A stretch of DNA of 57,157 nucleotides from an uncultured Gemmatimonadota bacterium (GTDB lineage: Bacteria > Gemmatimonadota > Gemmatimonadetes > Palauibacterales > Palauibacteraceae): the NCBI GenBank assembly GCA_964546375.1, contig CAZJJO010000002.1, positions 1-57,157 on the forward strand. The letters run 5' to 3'. Position numbers and translations under genes: made by a program. How positions within the stretch are numbered: the stretch's first letter is position 1; each line of letters begins with the position of its first letter. Of the stretch, positions 1 to 9,229 are shown piece after piece. Below the pieces are notes generated by a model that worked only from the letters and a program-made list of their open reading frames with translations, had not been told where the DNA came from and did not search any database.

Positions 1-670
1 CGTCGATCATCTTCTGGGTGCTCTCCTCCATGTTGATCACGAGCCGGTCCACCCGCGTCACGAAGTAGTTGTGGAAGATGTTGACCGGGATCGCGATGGC
101 CAGGCCCGTGGCCGTGGTGATCAGGGCGATCTTGATGCCGCCGGCGACCAGCGTCGCCTCGACCTCGCCCGCCAGCTCGATCCTCTGGAAGGCGATGATC
201 ATCCCGATGACCGTCCCGAGGAAGCCGAGCAGCGGCGCCACGTTGGAGATCGTCGCGAGCCAGACCAAGCCCCGCTCCAGCGAGGCCAGCTCGATGACCC
301 CGGCGTTCTCCACCGCGCGCATGGCGCGCTCGATGCCCTCGTCGTGCCGCTTGAGGCCCGCCTGCAGGATGGAGGCGGCCGGGGCGTCGGAATCCTCGCA
401 CCGGCTCAGCGCCTCCTGGAGGCGGCCCTCGGCGATCAGCTCGTCGACCTCGTCCAGCAGCGCCCGGGTCCGCGAGGCCTTGAGCTGGAGGTCGATGAAC
501 TTCCAGATGCTGATCAGGACCCCGACCGCCAGCAGGAAGGCGAGGGGCCACATCATGAACCCGCCCGAGTTCCAGACCTCCACCAGGTTGAGCGATCCAC
601 CCTGGCCGAACTGCGGGGTGCTCCCCTGCTGCTGCACGAGAAGAAGGGTCGTGGCCGTGATGCTGCTCAA
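1..670 (-). CDS. MotA/TolQ/ExbB-family proton-channel protein (C-terminus cut by window edge)
   Basis: Absent from the ORF track because it runs off the window. My reverse-strand translation from TTG 670-668 (GGAGG 5 nt upstream) reads LSSITATT..FMMWPLAFLLAVGVLISIWKF..ISNVAPLLGFLGTVIGMIIAFQ..GIKIALITTATGLAIAIPVNIFHNYF, typical of the family. Confidence 0.85.
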   Translation of the reverse strand, partial: MSSITATTLLLVQQQGSTPQFGQGGSLNLVEVWNSGGFMMWPLAFLLAVGVLISIWKFIDLQLKASRTRALLDEVDELIAEGRLQEALSRCEDSDAPAASILQAGLKRHDEGIERAMRAVENAGVIELASLERGLVWLATISNVAPLLGFLGTVIGMIIAFQRIELAGEVEATLVAGGIKIALITTATGLAIAIPVNIFHNYFVTRVDRLVINMEESTQKMID

Positions 671-789
671 GGTCACCTCCAGCAAGCGCTCGATCTCCCA
701 GCTTCCGGACCGTCGCCGGATCGGGTCGGGTCTCGGCCCCACCGCCCTGGCGGCAGGCCGGGCAAGCTACCCGGGGCCGTTCGACCGTG

Positions 790-1818
790 TCAAGCCGGCT
801 CCGGGCCTCCCCGTCCGGCCTCCGGCACGGCCTCCGCGGGGACCTTGACGCATCGTGCGTGCCGCCCCGAACGCTTGCGCTCCAGCGGGGGGACGCCCTC
901 GAGGCACGCCTCGTCCTTCTCGGGGTGGGGGCACCGGGGATGGAACGGACATCCCTCCCCGGGCGGGGCCCCGGCCGCCTCGCCCGAGGGCGCCCGGGCC
1001 GCCGCCGCTCCCGGCCGGGGCCGGGGCACGGCGGCCAGCAGCGAGCGGGTGTAGGGGTGCAGGGGCTCGGCGAACAGCTCCGGGGCCGGCCCCCGCTCGA
1101 CGACGCGGCCCAGGTACATCACCGCCACCCGGTCGGCCACGTGTCGGACCACGGCCAGGTCGTGGGCGATGAAGAGCATGGCGAGGCCGAGCCGCTCCCG
1201 CAGGTCGGCCAGCAGGTTGAGGATCCGCGCCTGCACGGAGACGTCCAGCGCCGAGACCGGCTCGTCGGCCACCAGCACCTCCGGCTCGGCCGCCAGGGCC
1301 CGGGCGATCCCCACCCGCTGGCGCTGGCCGCCCGAGAACTCGTGGGGGTGCCGGGCGGCGTCGCCGCCGTCCAGCCCCACCGTCTCCAGCAGCTCGGCCG
1401 CCCGGCGGCGCGCCGCCTCTCCCCGGGCCAGCCCGTGGAACTCCAGCACCTCGCGGATCGCCGCCCCCACCGTCATCCGCGGGTTGAGCGAGCCGAAGGG
1501 GTCCTGGAAGACCATCTGGACGCCCCGGCGGTAGGACCGGAGGGCCTCGCCCTCCAGGCCGGCGACGTCCCGTCCCCCGAAGAGCACCCGCCCGCGGTCG
1601 GGCGCCTCCAGGCCCGTGAGCAGGCGGGCGGTGGTGGACTTCCCGCAGCCGGACTCGCCCACCAGGCCGACCACCTCGCGGGCCCCCACGGCCAGGTCGA
1701 TCCCGGCCACGGCGACCACCTCGCTCCCGCCCCCGCCCAGCGGGCCGCCCCCGTCGCGGTAGACCTTCCGCAGGCCCCGGCCCTCCAGCAGGGGCCCCGC
1801 CCGGCCGTCCTCCGTCAC
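790..1818 (-). CDS. Peptide/nickel ABC transporter ATP-binding protein (DppF/OppF type)
   Basis: C-terminal part of ORF 790..2742. Walker A GESGCGKST, signature FSGGQRQRVGIARAL, Walker B LVADEPVSALD, Cys-rich Opp C-terminal tail. GTG 1818 overlaps the upstream stop (GTGA). The rest of the long ORF is Arg/Pro/Gly junk. Confidence 0.93.
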   Translation of the reverse strand: MTEDGRAGPLLEGRGLRKVYRDGGGPLGGGGSEVVAVAGIDLAVGAREVVGLVGESGCGKSTTARLLTGLEAPDRGRVLFGGRDVAGLEGEALRSYRRGVQMVFQDPFGSLNPRMTVGAAIREVLEFHGLARGEAARRRAAELLETVGLDGGDAARHPHEFSGGQRQRVGIARALAAEPEVLVADEPVSALDVSVQARILNLLADLRERLGLAMLFIAHDLAVVRHVADRVAVMYLGRVVERGPAPELFAEPLHPYTRSLLAAVPRPRPGAAAARAPSGEAAGAPPGEGCPFHPRCPHPEKDEACLEGVPPLERKRSGRHARCVKVPAEAVPEAGRGGPEPA

Positions 1819-2879
1819 GGCTCCCCCGCGGACGCCCCGTCCGCGGCGCCGCGGCCGCCGCCCGCGCCCCCGTCCAGCGGATCGTCCTCCGGGCGGCGGC
1901 GCTCCGGCTCCTCCACCAGCCAGCAGCGGGCGCGGCCGTCGCCGGCGGCGAGCGCCGGCGGCTCCTCCCCCCCGCACCGCTCCCAGGCGTGGGGACAGCG
2001 GGGATGGAAGCGGCACCCGTCGGGCCAGCGCGTGGCCCGCGGCACCGTCCCCCCCACGGCCCGCAGCCGGCGGCGGCGGCGCTCGACGTCGGGCACGGCC
2101 GCCAGGAGCGACCGGGCGTACGGGTGGACCGGTCCGCGGAACAGCGACGGCGCCGGCGCCTCCTCCACGATCCTCCCCGCGTACATCACCGCCACGCGGT
2201 CGGCCGTCTCCGCCACCACCCCCAGGTCGTGGCTGATCAGCAGCAGCGCCATGCCGTGCTCCTCCTGGAGCGACCGCAGGAGGGCCAGGATCTGGGCCTG
2301 GACGGTGACGTCCAGGGCGGTGGTGGGCTCGTCGGCCACCAGCACCGAGGGACGGCAGGCCAGCGCCATGGCGATCATCACCCGCTGCTTCTGGCCGCCC
2401 GACAGCTGGTGCGGGTGGGCGTCCAGCCGGGCCCCGGCGTCGGGGATGCCCACCCGGTCGAGCAGGGCGGCGGCCTCGCGCCGGGCGGCGTCCCCCGACA
2501 GGTCCCGATGCTCGGCCAGCGCCTCCATCACCTGGTCGCCCACCGTCAGGACGGGGTTCAGGCTGGTGGAGGGCTCCTGGAAGACCATGGCGATCTCGCC
2601 GCCCCGGACCCGGCGGAGCCGGCGCTCCGGCGCCTCCAGCAGCTCCTCGCCCCGGAGGCGAACGCTGGAGCCGGGACGGATCTCCGCCGGCGGCTCGTCC
2701 ACCAGCCGGGTGAGCGAGAGCGCGGTCACCGACTTCCCGCACCCCGACTCCCCCACCAGGCCCAGCGTCTCGCCCGCCTCCAGCCGGAAGGAGACCCCGT
2801 CCACGGCCCGCGCGACCCCCTCCGGCGTGTGGAACCAGGTGCGCAGGTCCTCGACCTCGAGCAGGGGAGGGTCGCTCAC
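1815..2879 (-). CDS. Peptide/nickel ABC transporter ATP-binding protein (DppD/OppD type)
   Basis: C-terminal part of ORF 1815..3878. GESGCGKSV, LSGGQKQRVMIAMAL, LVADEPTTALD, HPYARSLL..CRFHPRCPH tail. GTG 2879 overlaps the permease stop (GTGA). Confidence 0.93.
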   Translation of the reverse strand: MSDPPLLEVEDLRTWFHTPEGVARAVDGVSFRLEAGETLGLVGESGCGKSVTALSLTRLVDEPPAEIRPGSSVRLRGEELLEAPERRLRRVRGGEIAMVFQEPSTSLNPVLTVGDQVMEALAEHRDLSGDAARREAAALLDRVGIPDAGARLDAHPHQLSGGQKQRVMIAMALACRPSVLVADEPTTALDVTVQAQILALLRSLQEEHGMALLLISHDLGVVAETADRVAVMYAGRIVEEAPAPSLFRGPVHPYARSLLAAVPDVERRRRRLRAVGGTVPRATRWPDGCRFHPRCPHAWERCGGEEPPALAAGDGRARCWLVEEPERRRPEDDPLDGGAGGGRGAADGASAGEP

Positions 2880-3991
2880 GCCGGGGCCTCCAGCGTCGCG
2901 TGGCGGGGGTCCATCATGTCCCGGAGGCCGTCGCCCACCAGGTTGAAGCTCATGACGGTCGCCACGATGGCCAGGCCGGGGAAGGTGGTGATCCACCAGG
3001 CGTCGAGCATCACGTCCCGCCCCGCGGCCACCATGCCGCCCCAGCTCGCCGTCGGCGGCTGGACGCCCAGCCCGAGGAAGCTCAGCGCCGCCTCGGCCAG
3101 GATGGCGTGGCCCACGCCCAGCGTGGCCGAGACGATCACCGGGCTCACGGCGTTGGGCAGGACGTGCCGCAGGAGGATGCGGGCGTCGCCGAAGCCCAGC
3201 GACCGGGCGGCGGCCACGTAGGGCTCCTCCCGCACCGACAGGACCTCCCCCCGGACCACCCGGGAGGTGCCCATCCAGCCGGTGAGCCCCAGCACCAGCG
3301 TCACCAGCCCGATGGAGGGCTCGAACAGGGCCACCACGGTGATGAGCAGCACCAGCCGGGGGAAGCTGAGCAGCAGGTCCACCGTCCGCATCGCCGCCCC
3401 GTCGACCCACCCGCCCAGGTAGCCCGCCGCCGCGCCCACGGCGGTGCCCAGCGTCACGGCGATGAGGACGGCCACCGTGCCGATCCCGAGGCTGACCCGG
3501 GCCCCGTACAGCACCCGGCTCAGCACGTCGCGCCCGAACCGGTCGGTCCCCAGCGGATGCTCGGCGGAGGGCTCCTGGAAGCGGGTCTCCACCACCCGGT
3601 CCTGGGCGGCCGGGTCGTGGGGCGCCAGGTACGGGGTCAGCAGCGCGGAGAGGGCCAGGGCGGCCAGCAGGATCGCCCCCATCGCCGCCTGGCGGTGGCG
3701 GGCGAAGCGCCGCCACCCGCCCGCGCCGCCGCCCCGCCACAGGTTGCCGGCCGCCCACGCCCCGGCCAGCCCGGCGACCACGGTGGCCAGCGCGATCCAG
3801 TCGTCGGGGCCGCCGCCCGACAGGGTCGAGGCCACCCGGCCCGGCCGCAGGGCCACCACCGCCCACAGGAAGACCCACAGCCCCAGCACCGGCACGCCCG
3901 CCCGGCGTCCCCGCAGGAGGCGCGGCAGGCCGGGGAGGATCCAGCCCAGCGCCCGCAGCCGTCCCTCCCGTCCGCCGCCGTCCTCAGTCAT
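2876..3991 (-). CDS. ABC transporter permease (DppC/OppC type)
   Basis: ORF 2876..3991. Multi-TM protein with a BPD-transporter EAA-like region (AARSLGFGDARILLRHVLPN). Overlaps both neighbours within the operon. Confidence 0.9.
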   Translation of the reverse strand: MTEDGGGREGRLRALGWILPGLPRLLRGRRAGVPVLGLWVFLWAVVALRPGRVASTLSGGGPDDWIALATVVAGLAGAWAAGNLWRGGGAGGWRRFARHRQAAMGAILLAALALSALLTPYLAPHDPAAQDRVVETRFQEPSAEHPLGTDRFGRDVLSRVLYGARVSLGIGTVAVLIAVTLGTAVGAAAGYLGGWVDGAAMRTVDLLLSFPRLVLLITVVALFEPSIGLVTLVLGLTGWMGTSRVVRGEVLSVREEPYVAAARSLGFGDARILLRHVLPNAVSPVIVSATLGVGHAILAEAALSFLGLGVQPPTASWGGMVAAGRDVMLDAWWITTFPGLAIVATVMSFNLVGDGLRDMMDPRHATLEAPA

Positions 3992-4925
3992 ACCGCACCC
4001 GGGGATCGGCCGCCGCGTAGAGCAGGTCCGCCACCAGGTTGCCCGCCACCACCAGGGCGCCGAAGGAGAAGGTGCCCGCCATCACCAGCGGGTAGTCACG
4101 GGCCAGGATGCCGTCGTAGAGGAGCCGGCCCATGCCCGGCCACGAGAAGACGACCTCGATCACCACCGCCCCGCCGAAGAGCAGCGGGAGGTAGAGGCCC
4201 AGCAGGCTGATCACCGGCAGCAGGGCGTTGCGGAGGGCGTGCCGGAGGATCACCCGGAGCCGGGACAGCCCCTTGGCGCGGGCGGTCCGCACGTAGTCCC
4301 GGCGGATCACCTCCAGCATCGCCCCCCGGGTGTACCGGGCCACCCCCGCCGCCGACGCCAGGCCCAGCGCCACCGAGGGGAGCACCAGGTGGCGGACGTG
4401 GTCGACGAAGCGGCCCCAGGCCCCCAGGCTCTCGTGGCCCACCGAGGTCATCCCCGAGACCGGGAGGCGGAGCGCCTCCGGCCACCAGGGCGCCGACACC
4501 GCCAGGACCAGCATCAGGGCGAGCCAGAAGTTCGGCATGGAGTAGACGAAGAGGGCGCCGAAGGTCAGCCCCTCGTCCAGGGCCGAGTACTGGCGGACCG
4601 CCTGCACGACCCCGGCGGCGCAGCCGGCCACGAAGATCAGCGCCAGCGACACGCCCCCCAGCAGCAGGGTGTTGGGCAGGGCCCGGCCCAGCGCCTCGGC
4701 CACCGGCCGGTGCTGGCTGAAGCTGTAGCCGAAGTCGCCCGTCAGGAAGGCGCCGAGCCACTCCAGGTACTGCAGGTGGAGGGGCTCGTCCAGCCCCAGG
4801 TTCCGGCGCATCGCCTCCACCACCTCGGGCGGGACCTCGGGGCTGAAGTAGGCGGCGGTGGGATCGCCGGGCGCCAGGTGGAGGAGCAGGAAGGTGAGGG
4901 TCGCCACCCCGAGCAGCAGGGGCAC
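3984..4925 (-). CDS. ABC transporter permease (DppB/OppB type); true start may be the non-canonical CTG at 4961
   Basis: ORF 3984..4925. LAPGDP motif, TARAKGLSRLRVILRHALRNALLP EAA loop. The in-frame upstream sequence encodes the family-typical IRYAVRRLLGAV with no ATG/GTG/TTG available. Confidence 0.9.
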   Translation of the reverse strand: MPLLLGVATLTFLLLHLAPGDPTAAYFSPEVPPEVVEAMRRNLGLDEPLHLQYLEWLGAFLTGDFGYSFSQHRPVAEALGRALPNTLLLGGVSLALIFVAGCAAGVVQAVRQYSALDEGLTFGALFVYSMPNFWLALMLVLAVSAPWWPEALRLPVSGMTSVGHESLGAWGRFVDHVRHLVLPSVALGLASAAGVARYTRGAMLEVIRRDYVRTARAKGLSRLRVILRHALRNALLPVISLLGLYLPLLFGGAVVIEVVFSWPGMGRLLYDGILARDYPLVMAGTFSFGALVVAGNLVADLLYAAADPRVRYD

Positions 4926-5010
4926 CGCCCCCAGCAGCCTCCGGACCGCGTACCGGATCAGGGGAGACCTCCCTCGCGGCGCGCCCGACGGGCCGGGCCG
5001 GGCCGGACCC

Positions 5011-6681
5011 TCAGCGGCTCCCGGGCTCCAGCCACCAGTCCGTCACCGAGATCAGCTCGCCCCGCGGGTCCAGCTCCACCCCCCGGAGGCCGCGCCGCAG
5101 GGCGTCCCCGCGCTCCTCGAAGTAGAGGAACGTGAAGGGTTGGGCCCGGTGGACCGTCTCGTGGTAGCGCCGCAGCAGCCGGATCCGCCGGTCCCGGTCC
5201 GGCTCCGCGGCGGCCGAGTCCATCACCGCGTCCAGCTCCTCGTCGCACCAGCCCGACAGGTGCAGCGGCGCGTCGGGCCGGCCGCAGGACCACAGGTCGC
5301 GGTCGTCGATCGCCAGGTCGGGCTGGTAGGAGACCAGGGCGGCGTCGAAGTCCCGCGCCTCCCCGGTGAGCGCGCTCACCAGGGCGGAGTACTCGCGGGT
5401 GCGGGGCCGCGCCGCCACCCCGACCTCCTCGAGGTGGGCCTGGATCATCACCGCCAGGTCCCGCCGCAGGCCGACGTCCGGCACCGACAGCTCGAACCGG
5501 AGCGGCCGGCCGTCCCGTTCCCGGACGCCGTCGCCGTCGCGGTCCCGCCAGCCGGCCGCCTCCAGCAGCGCCCGGGCCGAGTCCGGCGCGTGGGGCAGCG
5601 GCCGCCAGCCCTCGTCGTGGGCCGGGTGCCACGGCCCCACCGGCCCGGAGGCCACCGTCCCCAGGCCCTCCACCACGGTCTCCACCATCTCCTCCCGGTC
5701 GATCGCCATCGTCAGCGCCCGGCGCACCCGGACGTCGTCGAACGGGGCGCGGCGGGCGTTCCAGGCCACGAAGCTGTAGGAGGGGAAGGGGAAGGTGGAG
5801 AGCCGGAGCGTGGTGTCCGAGCGGACGTCGTCCACGTGCGAGGGGAGGACCCGCATGTAGAAGTCCACCTCGCCGGCCCGGAGCTCCGCCAGCAGGGTCG
5901 TTCCGTCCGGGACGACCCGGTAGACCAGACGGTCCAGGCGGGGCGGCCCGCCGAGCCCCTCGGGGAAGGTCGAGTCGGCGGCGAGCACCCACCGGTCGCC
6001 GGGCCGGTGCTCGACCAGCCGGAAGGGGCCCGACCCCACGAGCTCGGAGGTGCCGAACGGATGCGTCGACAGCTCGGCGGGCGGCACGTCGCCCAGCACG
6101 TGCTCCGGCGCCACCGGCACGCGGGTCCAGCCGAACAGGGGCGCGTGACCCGGGTCCACCCGGAAGCGGACCGTGTGCTCGTCCACAACCCGCACCGAGT
6201 CCCACCGCTCGAAGTAGAGGCGGCCCGGGGCCCCGACCGCGGGGCTCCGGACCGTCCGGAAGGTGAAGGCCACGTCCTCCGCGTCCACCGGCTCGCCGTC
6301 GTGCCAGCGGACGTCCTCGCGGAGCCGGAAGGTGACCCGGGTGCTGTCCTCGCTCCAGGACCAGGAGCGCGCCAGGCGGGGCCTCGGCTCCAGGTCGGCG
6401 TCCAGCTCCACCAGCGTCAGGAAGAGCGCCTCCCGCGCCATCTGGGAGGCGACGTAGTCGTTCAGGAAGAAGGGGTTGACGGTGGGCACCTCCGCCAGCC
6501 CGCCCACCACCGCCGTGCCCCCGTCCCGCGCCTCCGGCGGGCCGTCCGCCCCCTCGCCCCCGCAGGCGGCCGCCAGGAGGGGGGCCAGGAGGAGGGCCGC
6601 CAGGACGAGCGGCCCGGCCGGAGAGCCGGCGAGACCGTTCCGCCGCCGGCCCGGCGCCGTCGCTCCTTTCGATCGGCTCAT
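5011..6681 (-). CDS. ABC transporter substrate-binding protein, family 5 (DppA/OppA-like), copy 2
   Basis: C-terminal 556 codons of ORF 5011..8232, starting MSRSKGATA.. with a signal/lipobox-like LLAAAC. ATG 6681 overlaps the stop of copy 1 (ATGA). Upstream extension of the ORF is shadow sequence antisense-free but R/P/G rich. Confidence 0.9.
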   Translation of the reverse strand: MSRSKGATAPGRRRNGLAGSPAGPLVLAALLLAPLLAAACGGEGADGPPEARDGGTAVVGGLAEVPTVNPFFLNDYVASQMAREALFLTLVELDADLEPRPRLARSWSWSEDSTRVTFRLREDVRWHDGEPVDAEDVAFTFRTVRSPAVGAPGRLYFERWDSVRVVDEHTVRFRVDPGHAPLFGWTRVPVAPEHVLGDVPPAELSTHPFGTSELVGSGPFRLVEHRPGDRWVLAADSTFPEGLGGPPRLDRLVYRVVPDGTTLLAELRAGEVDFYMRVLPSHVDDVRSDTTLRLSTFPFPSYSFVAWNARRAPFDDVRVRRALTMAIDREEMVETVVEGLGTVASGPVGPWHPAHDEGWRPLPHAPDSARALLEAAGWRDRDGDGVRERDGRPLRFELSVPDVGLRRDLAVMIQAHLEEVGVAARPRTREYSALVSALTGEARDFDAALVSYQPDLAIDDRDLWSCGRPDAPLHLSGWCDEELDAVMDSAAAEPDRDRRIRLLRRYHETVHRAQPFTFLYFEERGDALRRGLRGVELDPRGELISVTDWWLEPGSR

Positions 6682-8309
6682 GGTCGTCCGCCTCCGTCGT
6701 CGCCCGGGCGCCAGCGCCAGCGGGGCAGGCTCCGCAGCTCGCCGCGCGCGTCCATCTCCACGCCGGCCAGCTCGCGGCTCACCCCCGCCAGCTCCCGGTT
6801 CCAGAAGAGGAAGGTGAAGGGCTGGTCCTCCTGCAGGACCCTCGTGAGCGCCGCCCAGGTCCGCCTCGCCCGCTCCGGCTCCTCGGCCCGGACCCCGGCC
6901 TCCATCAGGCTGTCCGCCTCGGCGCTGGCGTAGGAGCTCCGGTTGGCGCTCCCCTCCACCGCCACCTGGTCGCCGTGGAAGAGGGGCCGGGGGTCCACCC
7001 GGAAGCTGTCCAGCACCCAGTTCGTGAGCACCGCCTGGAAGTCGCGGCGGCGGTGCCGGCTCAGCACCGTCTGCCACTCCAGCGTGCGGGGCTCCGCGGC
7101 CACCCCGACCTCGTCGAGCTGGGCCTGGATCATCTGGACCAGGTCGGCGTGGACGGGGTTGGCCTGTCCGGTCAGCAGCTCGAACCGCATCTCCGTGCCC
7201 CGCCGCTCCCGCACGCCGTCGCCGTCGCCGTCGCGCCAGCCGGCCGCCGCCAGCAGGGCCCGGGCCGAGTCGGGGTCGTGGGGGAGGGGGGCGACGTCCG
7301 GCGCGTGGGGGTGCCACGGCGGGACCGGCCCGGAGGCGACCTGCCCGTGGCCGTACAGGGCCGCCTCCAGCAGGCCCGCCCGGTCCATCGCCAGGGTGAG
7401 GGCCCGGCGCACCCGCGCGTCCTCGAAGCGGGGGTCGCGGGTGTTCCAGCCCACGTAGGTGAACATCCGCCACGGGAAGGACGCCACCCGGACGCCCTCG
7501 GCCCGCCGGACCCGCTCCGCGTCGCCCGGCGACAGGGGGCCGTCCACGTGGACGCCGCCTCCCGTCAGCTCGCGCAGGCGGGTGGTGGCCTCCGGCAGGA
7601 TCCGGTAGACGACCTCGTCGATCTCGGGCACGCCCCCCAGCGCCTCGGGGAAGTCCTCGACCCGCCGGAAGCGGAGCTCCTCGCCCGAGCGCCACGCCGT
7701 CAGCCGGTAGGGGCCGCTCCCGACCGGCTCCCGGCCGAAGGGGTGGCGCCTCAGCTCCTCCGGCGACGCGTCGCCCAGGACGTGCTGGGGCACCGGGGGC
7801 CAGAAGAAGTCCTGCAGGGGCCGCGCGTGGTCGGCCGAGAAGCGGAACCGTATCCGGTGGGGGCCGAGCACCTCGGCCGAGTCCACCGCGGCCAGGTACG
7901 CCGGCTTGAGGGGGGACCCGGTCGCCGGATCGCGGATCAGCCGGAAGGTGAAGGCCACGTCCTCCGCGTCCACCGGCTCGCCGTCGTGCCAGCGGACGTC
8001 CTCGCGGAGCCGGAAGGTGACGGTGGAGTCGGTCAGCTCCCACGAGCGGGCCAGCCAGGGGCGGACCCGGTAGGCCGAGTCGAAGGCGACCAGCGGCGTG
8101 TACAGCAGGGAGTACATCACGTCGTTCGCGTTCTGGTCGGTGCTGGTCACCGGGTTCAGGGTCTGGAGGTCGGCCTGGTAGGCCAGCACCAGGGGCCCCG
8201 GCGCCCCGTCGGCGCCCTCCCCGGCGCCGCATCCGGCCGCCAGGACGAGCGCCGCGGCGGCCGCGGTCCGCAGCGCGGAGGAGGCGGAGAAGCGCGTCGA
8301 CGCGAGCAC
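6678..8309 (-). CDS. ABC transporter substrate-binding lipoprotein, family 5 (DppA/OppA-like), copy 1
   Basis: ORF 6678..8309. Lipobox LAAGC and family-5 SBP sequence. Shares the stretch VTFRLREDVRWHDGEPVDAEDVAFTF with copy 2. Confidence 0.92.
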   Translation of the reverse strand: MLASTRFSASSALRTAAAAALVLAAGCGAGEGADGAPGPLVLAYQADLQTLNPVTSTDQNANDVMYSLLYTPLVAFDSAYRVRPWLARSWELTDSTVTFRLREDVRWHDGEPVDAEDVAFTFRLIRDPATGSPLKPAYLAAVDSAEVLGPHRIRFRFSADHARPLQDFFWPPVPQHVLGDASPEELRRHPFGREPVGSGPYRLTAWRSGEELRFRRVEDFPEALGGVPEIDEVVYRILPEATTRLRELTGGGVHVDGPLSPGDAERVRRAEGVRVASFPWRMFTYVGWNTRDPRFEDARVRRALTLAMDRAGLLEAALYGHGQVASGPVPPWHPHAPDVAPLPHDPDSARALLAAAGWRDGDGDGVRERRGTEMRFELLTGQANPVHADLVQMIQAQLDEVGVAAEPRTLEWQTVLSRHRRRDFQAVLTNWVLDSFRVDPRPLFHGDQVAVEGSANRSSYASAEADSLMEAGVRAEEPERARRTWAALTRVLQEDQPFTFLFWNRELAGVSRELAGVEMDARGELRSLPRWRWRPGDDGGGRP

Positions 8310-8364
8310 GCCGCGGAAGCTAGGGCCGGCCCCCGCGGCGAGAAAGGGAGCGGCGGCCGCCGTC

Positions 8365-9174
8365 TCAGCGCCGCCAGGTCCAGGCCTCGTCCCGGTAGCG
8401 CTCCTCCAGCCGCCGGGCGCGCTCCTCCTCGGCCGGGGTCAGCTCCCCCGGCTCCGGGCGCACCCCCAGCTCGCGGGCGAAGCCGGCCCGGAGCGCCGCG
8501 GCGACCTCCCCCGGGTCCGGGGCCGCCCCCAGCAGCTCCGTCAGCGAGGCGGCTCCCGAGCTCCCGCCCCCGTCGCCGGCGGCCGATCCCGGGCCGTCGT
8601 CCTCCACCGTCCGCAGGCGCTCGGCCTCGGCCTGGTCGTCCTCCAGCAGCACGGATCCGTGCTGCAGCAGGGCGCCCTCCCGCCGCCACTGGGCGCTGCC
8701 CACCAGCTTCCGGCCGGCGGCCACCAGCTCGCCCGGGAGCGGATCCCGGAAGCAGGCCCGGCTCGAGGGGCCCGGCGCCGACCGACCGTCCGGCGCGGAC
8801 TCCACCGGGACGCCCAGCTCGCGGAGGCCCCGGGCCAGAGCCCGGTTGACCGTGCGGTAGCTGGGCCGGAGGCCGCCCCACAGGTCCGCGGGGGCGGCCA
8901 CGGCGTAGGTGACCTCCCGGTGATGGTAGACGGCCCGCCCGCCGGTGGGCCGGCGCACCAGGTCGATCCCCCGCCCGGCCGCGGCGTCGGCGGCGTAGCG
9001 ACCCCGCGCCCGCTGGTGGCGCCCGAAGGAGAGGCAGGGGGGCGACCACCGGTAGAAGCGGAGGACCACCTCCCCGGCGCGGGCCGCGTCCATCAGCGCC
9101 TCGTCCACCGCCATGTTCCGGGGCCCGGACGCGGCCCCGTGCTCGAGACAGCGGACGACGTCGGGGGAGGTCAC
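8365..9174 (-). CDS. Lipoate-protein ligase A family / LipM-like octanoyltransferase (BPL_LplA_LipB domain only)
   Basis: ORF 8365..9174. NMAVDEAL, LRFYRWSPPCLSFGRHQ, RRPTGGRAVYHHREVTY, KLVGSAQ (catalytic Lys context). No LplA C-terminal domain. Confidence 0.85.
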   Translation of the reverse strand: MTSPDVVRCLEHGAASGPRNMAVDEALMDAARAGEVVLRFYRWSPPCLSFGRHQRARGRYAADAAAGRGIDLVRRPTGGRAVYHHREVTYAVAAPADLWGGLRPSYRTVNRALARGLRELGVPVESAPDGRSAPGPSSRACFRDPLPGELVAAGRKLVGSAQWRREGALLQHGSVLLEDDQAEAERLRTVEDDGPGSAAGDGGGSSGAASLTELLGAAPDPGEVAAALRAGFARELGVRPEPGELTPAEEERARRLEERYRDEAWTWRR

Positions 9175-9229
9175 GGCGCTCCGGGACGCACGATCTCCCG
9201 GCCGCGATCTGCGGCGCGGAGGCCGCGGG

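Noticed and set aside
5011-8232. N-terminal extensions of many track ORFs (5011..8232, 790..2742, 1815..3878, 13570..15516, 25308..27134, 39428..41179, 30939..32243 and others), implying fused or much longer proteins.
   Set aside because: In each case the recognisable protein starts at an internal ATG/GTG, usually with a Shine-Dalgarno or a 4-nt overlap with the upstream stop. The extension overlaps the real upstream gene in another frame and is compositional junk.
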